A stretch of DNA of 64,000 nt, taken from a virus. Taxonomy: Duplodnaviria > Caudoviricetes. Positions within the stretch are counted from its first letter, which is position 1. Every line of letters begins with the position of its first letter. Below the pieces are notes generated by a model, which did no database searches, had not been told where the DNA came from, and saw nothing but the letters and a program-made list of their open reading frames with translations. Positions 36,471 through 46,204 of the stretch are shown in pieces. The stretch is from the IMG/VR virus record IMGVR_UViG_2866360957_000001, positions 1 to 64,000 of that record. One strand, 5' to 3'. A program made the position numbers and the translations under genes.

Positions 36471-36526
36471 CGGGGCGAGGCAGGCAACTGCGGGACCTGT
36501 GTTCGATCGGACTTTCGGGAGGGTTC

Positions 36527-36739
36527 GTGAGTCCAGTAGAACTGGCGAACCGGTTCGCCTACCACCCGCCGCTCACTGACCAAAGACGTGCTGCGCACGA
36601 GACGGTCCGGGATCTGTGCTGGAAGCTCGCCGTAGAACTTAACGGCATGCTGCCCGAAGGGCGAGAGAAGGGTCTCGCCATCAAGTCCCTGGAAGAGGCC
36701 ATGTTCTGGTCGAACGCGGGCCTGGCCCGGCAGGACTGA
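36527..36739 (+). CDS. Acb2/Tad1-like helical-hairpin protein (putative immune-signal sponge)
   Basis: GGAGG RBS; NRFAYHPP...HETVR...PEGREKGLAIKSLEEAMFWSNAGLAR. Confidence 0.72.
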   Translation: MSPVELANRFAYHPPLTDQRRAAHETVRDLCWKLAVELNGMLPEGREKGLAIKSLEEAMFWSNAGLARQD

Positions 36740-36778
36740 TGCACGCCCCGCCACGGACAGACCAAAGGAGAGCTGGCC

Positions 36779-37111
36779 ATGCGCTACGTCCTGATCGGCA
36801 CCGTCGGCACGTACACCGTCCCCGGCGGCGCGGAACGCTGGAAGATCGACCTCGGCACCCAGTCGCCGACTCGCGTCCCCCTCGCGGCGCTCCCGAACGG
36901 TCTCGGGACGATCACCGGCTGGATCAACTCAGCCGAGACGATCATCAACAGCATCGGGGGCGAAGTCCTGGTGGACCTCGGCGCGGCGTTGGCCGACTAC
37001 CACGGCCCCATCGTCATCACGGGGTGGGACGCGGTGGCCGAAGAGGTCCGCGGCCTCAACTCCGACCAGGCCGCCGCCATCCGCCAGGCGTACGACGACG
37101 CCAACGCGTAG
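36779..37111 (+). CDS. Hypothetical protein (paralogue of 8511-8981)
   Basis: AAGGAG RBS; GPIVITGW...EVRGL. Confidence 0.7.
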   Translation: MRYVLIGTVGTYTVPGGAERWKIDLGTQSPTRVPLAALPNGLGTITGWINSAETIINSIGGEVLVDLGAALADYHGPIVITGWDAVAEEVRGLNSDQAAAIRQAYDDANA

Positions 37112-37212
37112 GGCGCGCGCCGATAACCACCGGCCATGAGGTGCCTGCCGTTCCGCCACCGCTGGATCCAGCGGTGTGCGCGATGCGGAGCCACCCGCAC
37201 ACGGGTCCGCTG

Positions 37213-37485
37213 ATGTCCCGCAGCAAGGGACGCCAAGGCCGCCCCTACCGCCGGGCCCGCGCTCAGCTCCTCGCCGAGTCCACGATCTGCTGGATCTGCG
37301 GACACGACGGGGCCGACACCGCCGACCACGTCATCCCGCTCAGCCTCGGCGGAGACCCGCTCGCCCCTGAGAATCTGCGCCCGGCCCACGGCGTCCGGGG
37401 CTGTGCGGTATGCGGGCGCAAGTGCAACAGCTCTCGGGGGGCGAAAATGACCCTCCCGGCCCCGCGCGCATCCCGGGCCTGGTGA
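37213..37485 (+). CDS. Packaging-associated HNH endonuclease
   Basis: CWICG...DHVIPLSLGG...ENLRPAH...CNSSRG. Confidence 0.9.
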   Translation: MSRSKGRQGRPYRRARAQLLAESTICWICGHDGADTADHVIPLSLGGDPLAPENLRPAHGVRGCAVCGRKCNSSRGAKMTLPAPRASRAW

Positions 37486-37612
37486 CTACTGGGGCGTCGG
37501 TATCGGGGCGGACCGGGGCCCTGCACTAGGGGCTCGGTGACGGGGCCCGGAGTGAAGCGGGGAACGGCTGCATCCAGGGCTACGGGGCCGAGATCAGGGG
37601 GCTGGATCGGGG

Positions 37613-38065
37613 ATGGCGCTCTGGGTAGTGACCGGGCCGCCGGCCTCCGGCAAATCCACCTGGGTGCGCAGCAGAGCCAGGCCAGGTGACATCGTCATCG
37701 ACTACGACCTACTGGCCACAGCCCTCACAGCGCCTGGCGCTGCACCACACGACTATCCCAAGGCACTGCGACAAGTCACCTCACGAGCCAGAGCCGCAGC
37801 GATCACCGAAGCGCTCAAGCACGCTGCTGGCGTCGATGTGTATGTGATCCATTCACAGCCCTCGACAGAAGCAGTCAGACGCTACACAGAGCAGACTGAC
37901 GACCAGACAGAACTCCATCTCATCGTCGTTGACCCAGGTCGCGACGTGGTGATGAGGCGGATCGCCGAGCAGCGTCCACCCCAGATGCGTGCCGTCGCAG
38001 AGCGTTGGTACAGCAATGCTCACCACACAGAGCAAGCAGCGTCGAGATCGTCCCGAAGCTGGTGA
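37613..38065 (+). CDS. Small P-loop AAA/kinase-like protein
   Basis: GPPASGKST, DIVIDYD, VVDPG. Confidence 0.85.
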   Translation: MALWVVTGPPASGKSTWVRSRARPGDIVIDYDLLATALTAPGAAPHDYPKALRQVTSRARAAAITEALKHAAGVDVYVIHSQPSTEAVRRYTEQTDDQTELHLIVVDPGRDVVMRRIAEQRPPQMRAVAERWYSNAHHTEQAASRSSRSW

Positions 38066-38169
38066 CGCATCGTCACAGCCAACGAGATGTCACACGTTGT
38101 GATTACTGTGATGGCGAACACGAAGAGTTATTGCAGGTGAAGCCGGTAGCCCTACGTTTCCGCAGTTCA

Positions 38170-38265
38170 GAATGGGTAGGGGGGCGGCTTCGCATCGTGA
38201 TCATGGACCCGCGGATCACCCGCCCGCCCAGCCTCCCTCGCCCCTCCCCGCTCAAAAAAACTTTC
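38170..38265. other. Candidate cos/packaging region
   Basis: Non-coding gap upstream of terminase with G-run, C-rich tract and A7 run; positional inference only. Confidence 0.35.
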
Positions 38266-38427
38266 GCCGTCACGTTCCGTGATGCGAGCCGGAGCGCCAC
38301 TCGCTTCCGCTCATCCTCGTCACCGTCCGCTACATCACATCCTGTAGTCGCCCGCCGCTGATCCCGGTGGGAAGGAAGCCCCGGCCGCCCCCAGGCGCCG
38401 GGGCTTCCGCATGCCTGGGGAGTTCTC

Positions 38428-39054
38428 ATGCCACGTAGGCCGGACACGCCGTGCTCGTCTTGCGGCAAGCTGCTCTGGTCGGGGACAACATCGCTACCGG
38501 CGGGAAGTCGCAAATGCCGACCGTGTCGGCGGGCTGCGAGCAAGGCACCGTGCAGTACATGCGGGCTGGAGTTCGACGCCTGGACGGGCGGTCATCGAAG
38601 GCGGACGTGCTCATCAGCTTGCGAACGTGAGGCTCGCCTGCGTGCTATCACCGAGGCGCGCCAGGCACCGCGCCCGCTCCGCGAGTGCGAGGACTGCCTA
38701 GTTGCAGTGGCCACGTGTGGTGTCGTTGCGCTGTGCGATCGCTGCCGGGTCGTCCGGAAGGCGCTGCGGGACCGTGAGCACTGGCGGCGGAAGAACCGGC
38801 GGCGGCGGGTCGATCTCGCCCGTGTGACGTCGGAGCCGTACACGCTTGTGGAGATCGCCGAGCGGGATGGTTTCTGCTGTCAGATCTGCCGCGATCCGGT
38901 GGACATGAAGCTCGTCTGGCCGAAGCTGTGGGCCCCGACGATCGATCACGTCGTACCGGTGGTGGCGGGCGGCGATGACACGTTGGCGAACGTGCAGCTC
39001 GCGCATTTCGTGTGCAACAGCCGCAAGGGCGCGCGGCTGGAGCTGGCCTCGTGA
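38428..39054 (+). CDS. HNH endonuclease with multiple CxxC motifs
   Basis: ERDGFCCQIC...TIDHVVPV..GGDD..ANVQLAHFVCNSRKG. Confidence 0.88.
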   Translation: MPRRPDTPCSSCGKLLWSGTTSLPAGSRKCRPCRRAASKAPCSTCGLEFDAWTGGHRRRTCSSACEREARLRAITEARQAPRPLRECEDCLVAVATCGVVALCDRCRVVRKALRDREHWRRKNRRRRVDLARVTSEPYTLVEIAERDGFCCQICRDPVDMKLVWPKLWAPTIDHVVPVVAGGDDTLANVQLAHFVCNSRKGARLELAS

Positions 39055-39314
39055 CGCGCAGCGTGCGCGTGGACCTGGTGGCATCGGTCCGTGGGGACCT
39101 GCGGCGGCTGGGCGTCGATGCGAAGAGCACGCTAGCGATGGCCGCGCTGGACATCGCGGTACGGCTCGGCGTGGACGGCGTGCGCCCGACAGCGGCGGCG
39201 ATGCTGCACAAGGAGCTGCGCGCGACGCTGGAGGCGCTGGAGCGGGTCGCCGCTGGGCAGCCGGCCGAGGACGCGATCGACGAGCTGCGGACCCGTCGGG
39301 CGAACCGTGCCTGA
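39051..39314 (+). CDS. Terminase small subunit
   Basis: KELRATL...DAIDELRTRR; directly upstream of TerL. Confidence 0.75.
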   Translation: MTRSVRVDLVASVRGDLRRLGVDAKSTLAMAALDIAVRLGVDGVRPTAAAMLHKELRATLEALERVAAGQPAEDAIDELRTRRANRA

Positions 39315-40833
39315 GCTGCTCGGCGATCAGACACCGCGGATCCGGTGGGTGCCGGAGTCGTACCGGTCATCGGGGGCTGACGCGACGGAGCTCGCCGAGA
39401 CGGCCGGGCTGCTGCTGGATCCGTGGCAACGCCTGGTGCTCGATGACGCCCTGGGGGAGCGGCGTGACGGCCGGTGGACTTCGTTCGAGACCGGCCTGGT
39501 CGTGGCGCGTCAGAACGGCAAGGGCGCGATCTTCGAGGCCCGGGTGCTCGCTGGCCTGTTCCTGTTCGACGAGCGGCTGATCATGTACTCGTGCCACGAG
39601 TTCAAGAGTGCGCAGGAGTTCTTCCGGCGGATCCGGCTCCTGATCGACGGCAAGGACGAGTTCCGGCGGCGGGTCCGGAAGATCGTGACGGCGCACGGCG
39701 ATGAGGGCATCGAGCTCACGACGGGCCAGCGTCTCCGGGTCATCGCCCGCTCGACCGGCAGCGGCCGGGGCTTCAGTGGCGACCTCAACATCTGGGATGA
39801 GGCGTTCAACCTCCCTTCGACCGCCGTTGACGCGCAGATGCCTACCATGTCCGCGCGGCCCAACCCGCAGGCGTGGTACGGATCATCGGCCGCAGACAAG
39901 ACCATTGCGCCGTGCGAGCAACTCGCTGCTGTGCGACGCCGGGGCATCGCGGGCGACGATCCCGCGCTGACGTATCTGGAATGGAGCATCGACCCGCACA
40001 CCGAGCAGTGCGCGCGCGACGCCGAGGGCACTATCACCTGCATCGACCACGACGACCGCGACGACCCGGCAAGCTGGGCGAAGGCGAATCCCAGCCTCGG
40101 CATCCGGATCTCGGTCGAGCACGTTCAGCGCGAGTACAACTCGATGTCGCCGACGGGCTTCGACCGCGAGCGCCTATCGGTGGGGAACTGGCCGACCGAC
40201 AAGGCGAGTCAGTGGACGGTCATCCCCGAGGCGAAGTGGCGGGCGGTCGCCGACGAGCAGTCGGAGGCCGAGGGCCGGGTGGCGTTCGCGATCCACGTCA
40301 GCCCGGACCGGAGCTGGGCGGCGATCGCCACGGCGGGCCGCCGCGCTGACGGGCTGCTGCACCTGGAGGTCGTGGACTACCGGCCGGGCACTCGGTGGGT
40401 ACCGGACCGCGCCGCGCAGCTTCAAAAGCGGTGGGATCCGGTCGCCTGGGTGGTGGACGCGGGCGGCCCCGCGGGGTCGCTGATCGCCGATCTTGAGGCG
40501 GTGCGGATCGAGGATCCGCAGACCCGCAAGGTCACCACCCTGGAGATCACCAAGCCGACGGCGCGCGAGGTGGCGCACGCGTTCGGGCAGCTCCTGGACG
40601 CTGTGATGCCCGAAGAGGGCGACCCGGGCGCACGTGTCCGGCCACACCCAGCTCTCGACGCCGCGGTGGCCGGGGCTGCGACGCGGAAGCTCGGCACCGC
40701 GCACGCGTGGGACGCCCTGACCACGGCGGTGGACATCTCGTCGCTGGTCGCGGTGACCAGCGCCGCGTGGGGGTTTGCGACAAAAGGCCATGTCGAGGAC
40801 GAGGCACCTGAGCCGTGGGTGCAGTTCGGGTGA
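39307..40833 (+). CDS. terL: Terminase large subunit
   Basis: LDPWQ, VARQNGKG (Walker A), RGFSGDLNIWDEA (Walker B), WAKANPSLG. Confidence 0.95.
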   Translation: MPELLGDQTPRIRWVPESYRSSGADATELAETAGLLLDPWQRLVLDDALGERRDGRWTSFETGLVVARQNGKGAIFEARVLAGLFLFDERLIMYSCHEFKSAQEFFRRIRLLIDGKDEFRRRVRKIVTAHGDEGIELTTGQRLRVIARSTGSGRGFSGDLNIWDEAFNLPSTAVDAQMPTMSARPNPQAWYGSSAADKTIAPCEQLAAVRRRGIAGDDPALTYLEWSIDPHTEQCARDAEGTITCIDHDDRDDPASWAKANPSLGIRISVEHVQREYNSMSPTGFDRERLSVGNWPTDKASQWTVIPEAKWRAVADEQSEAEGRVAFAIHVSPDRSWAAIATAGRRADGLLHLEVVDYRPGTRWVPDRAAQLQKRWDPVAWVVDAGGPAGSLIADLEAVRIEDPQTRKVTTLEITKPTAREVAHAFGQLLDAVMPEEGDPGARVRPHPALDAAVAGAATRKLGTAHAWDALTTAVDISSLVAVTSAAWGFATKGHVEDEAPEPWVQFG

Positions 40834-40843
40834 GGGGGCGGCG

Positions 40844-41080
40844 GTGACCTTGACGATCCCCGTGGAGCGGATCTCGCATGAGGCCCGGCGGCGCGACGTG
40901 CGCGCCGGTCTGCGCAGGCTGGTACGGGCTCTGGCGACGCTTCTGGTGGGCGTCCCGTACGTGCTCGGCTGGGCGGCCGGTCGGCTGTGGCTCGGTCTGA
41001 CGATTGCGTGGGTCGCGGCCGGGGAGGGCTGGCGCGAGGGCCGGCGTTCGCATCCGGGCGCGGGAGGCCGATCCCGATGA
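40844..41080 (+). CDS. Small membrane protein
   Basis: Hydrophobic segments; between terL and portal. Confidence 0.6.
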   Translation: MTLTIPVERISHEARRRDVRAGLRRLVRALATLLVGVPYVLGWAAGRLWLGLTIAWVAAGEGWREGRRSHPGAGGRSR

Positions 41081-41304
41081 GCGAGCGACAGGCCCTGGAG
41101 GGCATCGTCGAGGGCCTGGTCGTGCGGTCTGGGGACACGCTGATTTTGCACCTGCCTGCCGACATGACGGCGGCGGACATGCAGCGGATCGCGGAGAACG
41201 TGAAGGATGGCCTGTGCCAGAAACTGCCTGACGTCGAGATCCTGATGGTGGCGGGCATCGAGCGGATCGCGGTGTACCGGCCGGGCGAGGACGCGCCGGC
41301 CTGA
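41077..41304 (+). CDS. Hypothetical protein
   Basis: GGAGG RBS, coupled at both ends. Confidence 0.6.
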   Translation: MSERQALEGIVEGLVVRSGDTLILHLPADMTAADMQRIAENVKDGLCQKLPDVEILMVAGIERIAVYRPGEDAPA

Positions 41305-42734
41305 TGGGCCTCCTGGAGCGGGTCTCGGCGCGGCACGCCGAGCGGTTTCGGCGACCCGCCGCTGAGAATCGGTTCGGCTGGGACGACTACCTCAATCTGT
41401 TCGAGCGCAACCCGTTCGGGCTGGGCTGGTTCCAGACGATCACCGGCTCCCAGGAGCGGATCGAGGGCCACTTCGAGGGCATCGTCAACCTCGGCTACAA
41501 GCGAAGCGGCGTGGTGTTCGCGTGCATCCTCGCGCGCCTCCTGGTCTTCAGCGAGGCGCGGTTCCAGTGGCGCGGCTTCAACCGCGGTCGGCCGGGGGCG
41601 CTGTTCGGCGCCCCGGAGTTGGCGTTGCTGGAGCGGCCGTGGCCGGGGGCGACGACCGGTGACCTGCTGGCCCGGATGGAGCAGGACTCGACGCTCGCGG
41701 GCGGCTTTTTCGCGACCCGGCGGGGCGGCCGGGGCGGGCAGGACCGGATCGTCCGGATGCGCCCGGACTGGGTGACCATCGTTCTCGGCTCGTACGAGGA
41801 CCCGGACTTGCAGGCGTTCGACCTGGACGCCGAGCTGATCGGCTACATCTACCAGCCGCCGGGCGGGCAGGCGGAGATCCTGCTGCCCGAGGAAGTCTGC
41901 CACTACGCGCCGGTGCCGGACCCGATCGCCTCCTACCGCGGCATGTCGCTGCTTCAGTCGGTGATCCGCGACATCGAGGGCGACCAGGCGGCCACCACCC
42001 ACAAGCTGCGCTTTTTCGAGCAGGGGGCGACCCCCAACATGGTGGTCACGATGGACTCGGCGGTGACGCCTGAGGCGTTCGCTCGCTTTAAGGCCGTCAT
42101 GGAGGCCGGTCACGCCGGGGCGCTCAACGCCTACAAGACCTTGTACCTGGGCGGCGGCGCCGACGTGAAGACCGTCGGCAACAGCTTCGAGCAGATGAGT
42201 TACAAGGCCATCCAGGCGCTGGGGGAGACGCGCGTGGCCGCGGCCATGGGCGTCCCGCCGGTCATCGTCGGCCTGTCCGAGGGGCTCTCATCTGCCACGT
42301 ACTCCAACTATTCGCAGGCCAGACGGCGTTTCGGCGACGGTACGTTGCGCCCGCTGTGGCGTAACGCGGCCGGGTCGCTGGCCAACCTGCTGCCGCCCCG
42401 GCCGGGCGCGGAGCTCTGGTACGACGACCGCGATGTGTCCTTCTTGCGGGAGGACCAGAAGGACGCGGCGCAGATCTTCTCCATCCAGGCGTCTACGATC
42501 GCGACGCTCGTCCGCGAAGGTTTTACACCCGAGTCGGCGACGGCGGCCTGCGCCGCCCAGGATTCCAGCCTGCTGGTGCACACCGGCCTGCTCAGCGTGC
42601 AGCTTCAGCCGCCCGGTACGAAATTCAACCAGCCGAACGGCTCCGGCCAGTCCGACGAGACCGAAGACGACCCCGAGGACGATGCCGCAGACGACGAAGG
42701 CACCGGCCCCGACGAGGAGGAAGAGCAGCCGTGA
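41304..42734 (+). CDS. HK97-family portal protein
   Basis: VFACI, RGMSLL, FFEQGATP, AAAMGVPPVIVG, TYSNY. Confidence 0.95.
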   Translation: MGLLERVSARHAERFRRPAAENRFGWDDYLNLFERNPFGLGWFQTITGSQERIEGHFEGIVNLGYKRSGVVFACILARLLVFSEARFQWRGFNRGRPGALFGAPELALLERPWPGATTGDLLARMEQDSTLAGGFFATRRGGRGGQDRIVRMRPDWVTIVLGSYEDPDLQAFDLDAELIGYIYQPPGGQAEILLPEEVCHYAPVPDPIASYRGMSLLQSVIRDIEGDQAATTHKLRFFEQGATPNMVVTMDSAVTPEAFARFKAVMEAGHAGALNAYKTLYLGGGADVKTVGNSFEQMSYKAIQALGETRVAAAMGVPPVIVGLSEGLSSATYSNYSQARRRFGDGTLRPLWRNAAGSLANLLPPRPGAELWYDDRDVSFLREDQKDAAQIFSIQASTIATLVREGFTPESATAACAAQDSSLLVHTGLLSVQLQPPGTKFNQPNGSGQSDETEDDPEDDAADDEGTGPDEEEEQP

Positions 42735-43642
42735 AGCATCTGATCACCGTGCGGGCGAACGCCGCGCCCGTCAGCCTCCATCCGCGGGCCGCCGCAGAAC
42801 CCGAAGGACTGGACTCCACTCCCGCCGCCGAGGCCCGCGCTGAGAGCACGGGGGAGCAGGTCATGGTGTTGCGCTTCTCGGCGTTCGGCGTGTGGTACGA
42901 GATCAACTCCTGGTACGAGGGCCGCTATCTGGAGCGCGTCCTGCCCGGCGCGTTCGCCAAGACCATTCAGGAGCGCGGCGACCGGGTGAAGATCTTCTTC
43001 AACCACGGCTACGACTACCAGATCGACCAGAAGATCCTCGGCGTGCCCGAGCTGCTGGAGGAGCGCACCGACGGCGTGTGGGCCGAGGTCCCGCTGCTCG
43101 ACACCTCCTACAACCGCGACCTGATCCCGGGCCTGCGCGCCGGCGGGTATGGCAGCAGCTTCATGTTCAACGTGCTGGACGAGCTGTGGAATCACGAGCC
43201 CGGCGAGTCCGAGCACAACCCGGAGGGCCTGCCCGAGCGCAGCATCCTTCAGGTCCGTCTCTTCGAGGCCGGGCCGGTCACCTGGCCGGCGTCGCACGCG
43301 GCGACCGCCGGGATGAGGTCCGTCGCCGGGCTCACCGACTGGTACGGCGAGCAGCTCCGCACCCGCGACTCGGGCCGCCACGACGCGCTCGTGCGCGGCT
43401 TCACCGACTTCCGTGCCCAGCACGGACTCCGCACCTCCGAAAGCGAGGCCGTCCCGCCCGCCGCCGACCCGCAGCAGGTCGCCGACGAACGGCAGGACAC
43501 CGCGCCGGACGAGGCCGCGACCACCCCGACCGACGCGCCGGACACCCTGGTAGTGCACCACGCGGCAGGTCTCACCCATTCGCAGCGCGCCGCCCGACTG
43601 CGGGCGCAGCGCTATTCGTTCCTGACCAGGGAGGCGTCCTGA
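42731..43642 (+). CDS. HK97-family prohead protease
   Basis: ERVLPGAFAKTI, FFNHG, GSSFMF, LFEAGPVTWPA. Confidence 0.93.
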   Translation: MKHLITVRANAAPVSLHPRAAAEPEGLDSTPAAEARAESTGEQVMVLRFSAFGVWYEINSWYEGRYLERVLPGAFAKTIQERGDRVKIFFNHGYDYQIDQKILGVPELLEERTDGVWAEVPLLDTSYNRDLIPGLRAGGYGSSFMFNVLDELWNHEPGESEHNPEGLPERSILQVRLFEAGPVTWPASHAATAGMRSVAGLTDWYGEQLRTRDSGRHDALVRGFTDFRAQHGLRTSESEAVPPAADPQQVADERQDTAPDEAATTPTDAPDTLVVHHAAGLTHSQRAARLRAQRYSFLTREAS

Positions 43643-45105
43643 TGGACGAGATCCTGCGCAGGCTCGGTGAGATCGAGACCGAGATGCGTGAAATGCACGA
43701 GGCCGCTGGCGATGCGGCGTTCACCGAAGAGCAGCAGGCCCGCTGGGCCGAGCTGGAGGAGCAGCGTGCCGAGCAGCTCCGGCTCCAGGAGGAGGAGCGC
43801 GCCCGCCAGGCCGACCTGGACCGGCGGCGCAGCGCGGTCGCCGGGTTCGCCGCGCGCGGCACCACCGAGGCCGGGGACGGCAACCTCGACGTGCGTGGCG
43901 TGCAGGTGATGCAGCGCGTTGACCCGTGGGACGGCGCCGACGTGCGGGCCCTGCCGGACCTGAAGGCGCGCGACAAGGCGCTGAAGGCGCTGGAGGACCG
44001 TGACCTGACGGCGCACACCAGCGACGAGCAGCTCGCGCGGGCCATCAAGGTCCTGCGCACCCGCACCCGGGACTGCAACGGCGCGTACGTCGCCCGCCGC
44101 ATGCTGCTGACCGAGAACGAGCACTACCGGTCGGCGTTCATGAAGTTGATCATGCGCGCCCACCCCGTGCTCACTCCCGAAGAGCAGCACGCCGTCGAGG
44201 CGTACGAGGAGTACCGGGCCATGTCGATCGGCAGCGACCCGGGCGGCGGCTTCGGCGTCCCGGTGCTGATCGACCCGACGATCATCCTGACGGCGCAGGG
44301 CAGCCCGAACGACATCCTCAACCTTGCGCGCGTCGAGACGATCACCAACGACGAATGGAAGGGCGTCACCAGCGCGGGCGTGTCCTGGTCGTTCGACCCG
44401 GAGTCGGCCGAAGTGTCGGACGACAGCCCGACGCTGGCACAGCCCACAGTGCCAACGCACAAGGCGCAGGGCTACCTCCCGTACACCATCGAGGTCGGGA
44501 TGGACTACCCCGGTTTCGCGACGGAGATGAACGCACTCCTCGATGAGGGCTACCGGGAGCTGCTAGCGCAGACCCTCACCACCGGGTCGGGCGTCAACGC
44601 GCCGACCGGCATCGTGACCGCGCTCGACGCGAACACCAACGTCGAGGTCGCCGTCACCACGGATGGCGCGTTCGGCGGTGCGGACATCTACAAGCTGTGG
44701 GACGCGCTGCCGATCAAGTACCGCAACCGGATGCCGAATTGGATGTCGTCCACGGATGTCATGAACGAGGTCAGGCAGTTCGGCTCCGGCGGGTCCGGCG
44801 GCTCGAACTTCTCGGTCAACCTGACGCAGGAGTCGATCCCGCGGCTGTTCGGGAAGCCGTACTACGAGAACGACTTCATGGACGACTTCACCGCTACGAC
44901 CGGCGCCGCGAACCTGCTGATCGTGGGCGACTTCCAGAACTACCTGGTCGCCCAGCGCGCGGGGATGAGCGTCGAGCTCGTGCCGCATGTGTTCGGCACC
45001 ACGAACAACCGGCCGATCGGCCAGCGCGCCTGGTACGCCTGGGCCCGCGTCGGTGCCGACTCGATCAACGACGCCGGGTTCCGCATCCTCCAGAACATCG
45101 CGTAA
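43642..45105 (+). CDS. HK97-family major capsid protein
   Basis: N-terminal coiled delta domain, GGFGVP, GSGVNAPTGI, LFGKP, IVGDF..Y. Confidence 0.95.
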   Translation: MDEILRRLGEIETEMREMHEAAGDAAFTEEQQARWAELEEQRAEQLRLQEEERARQADLDRRRSAVAGFAARGTTEAGDGNLDVRGVQVMQRVDPWDGADVRALPDLKARDKALKALEDRDLTAHTSDEQLARAIKVLRTRTRDCNGAYVARRMLLTENEHYRSAFMKLIMRAHPVLTPEEQHAVEAYEEYRAMSIGSDPGGGFGVPVLIDPTIILTAQGSPNDILNLARVETITNDEWKGVTSAGVSWSFDPESAEVSDDSPTLAQPTVPTHKAQGYLPYTIEVGMDYPGFATEMNALLDEGYRELLAQTLTTGSGVNAPTGIVTALDANTNVEVAVTTDGAFGGADIYKLWDALPIKYRNRMPNWMSSTDVMNEVRQFGSGGSGGSNFSVNLTQESIPRLFGKPYYENDFMDDFTATTGAANLLIVGDFQNYLVAQRAGMSVELVPHVFGTTNNRPIGQRAWYAWARVGADSINDAGFRILQNIA

Positions 45106-45216
45106 GCGCAGGCGCTGAGCCTGCTCTTCACCCACCTCCCGTCGGCCGCCTGGGTGGTCGGCCGGCGGGAGTCACCACCACCCACCGCCACCGCCCGGAA
45201 GAGAAGAGAGGTTCCG

Positions 45217-45459
45217 ATGAGGTACGTCTTCCCGACCTGTGTCGCGGTCGTCCATTGGGAGGGGGGCCGCGTCCACCTGCTCCGTGACCAGCCATGGGAT
45301 GCCGACGACCCGTTCGTCAAGGCCAGGCCGGATCTCTTCGCCGAGCATCCGCAGGATCCGCAGCGGACCGCCCCTCCGGTGGAGCGGGCCACCCAGGCGC
45401 CAGGTGAGCGGCGGCAGACCCGCAGGCAGACCCGGAAGGACGGCCCGGCGGGTGAGTAA
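45217..45459 (+). CDS. Small post-capsid protein
   Basis: DDPFVKARPDLF...VERATQAPGERR. Confidence 0.7.
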   Translation: MRYVFPTCVAVVHWEGGRVHLLRDQPWDADDPFVKARPDLFAEHPQDPQRTAPPVERATQAPGERRQTRRQTRKDGPAGE

Positions 45460-46204
45460 CGGCACCGTCCTGGCCGCCTACCTACACCCCAACGCCGTTT
45501 CACACTCCTTCTCCGACTCGCTGATGAAGCTGATCTCCCACGACATGGTCAACCAGGCCCGGGTGGTCCGCGCCGGGGTGCTGCAATTCCGCTGTGGCGC
45601 GGGCGGCCTGGTGCAGGCCCGCAACGAGATCGTTCAGCAGTTTCTCGACCGGTCGGACGCCGAGTGGCTCTGGTGCGTGGACTCCGACATGGGATTCCTG
45701 CCGGACACCGTTGACCGCCTGGTCGAGGCGGCCGACCCGGCGGAGCGGCCGGTCGTGGGGGCGTTGTGCTTCGGGCTGCGGGAGGTGGCCCCGGACGGCA
45801 TGTGCGGCTGGAAGGTGCGGCCCTTTCCCACGATCTATGACTGGGGGCGCGACCCCAAGGGCACCTTTGGCTTTCATGTGCGGCGCGACTACGCGCGCAA
45901 CGCGCTCACCCAGGCCGCGGGCACGGGCGCCGCATGCCTGCTGATTCACCGGTCGGCGGCCGAGAAGGTGCGCGCCGACGCGGGCGACTCCTGGTTCGAC
46001 CCCGTGAACTTCGCGGACGGCCGGCCGGTCAGCGAGGACCTCTCCTTCTGCTACCGCCTGAACAAGGTCGGACTGCCCGTCTACGTGCACACCGGCATCC
46101 CGACCTCGCACCACAAGCAGATCTGGCTGGGCGAGGAGGAGTACCGGGTGTTCGAGGCGGCCTATCGAGCCACGGCCGACAGCATGGCGGCGGTGAGCGC
46201 ATGA
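45452..46204 (+). CDS. GT-A fold glycosyltransferase
   Basis: ARNEIVQQFL, WLWCVDSD, GAACLLIHR, SEDLSFC. Confidence 0.88.
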   Translation: MSNGTVLAAYLHPNAVSHSFSDSLMKLISHDMVNQARVVRAGVLQFRCGAGGLVQARNEIVQQFLDRSDAEWLWCVDSDMGFLPDTVDRLVEAADPAERPVVGALCFGLREVAPDGMCGWKVRPFPTIYDWGRDPKGTFGFHVRRDYARNALTQAAGTGAACLLIHRSAAEKVRADAGDSWFDPVNFADGRPVSEDLSFCYRLNKVGLPVYVHTGIPTSHHKQIWLGEEEYRVFEAAYRATADSMAAVSA

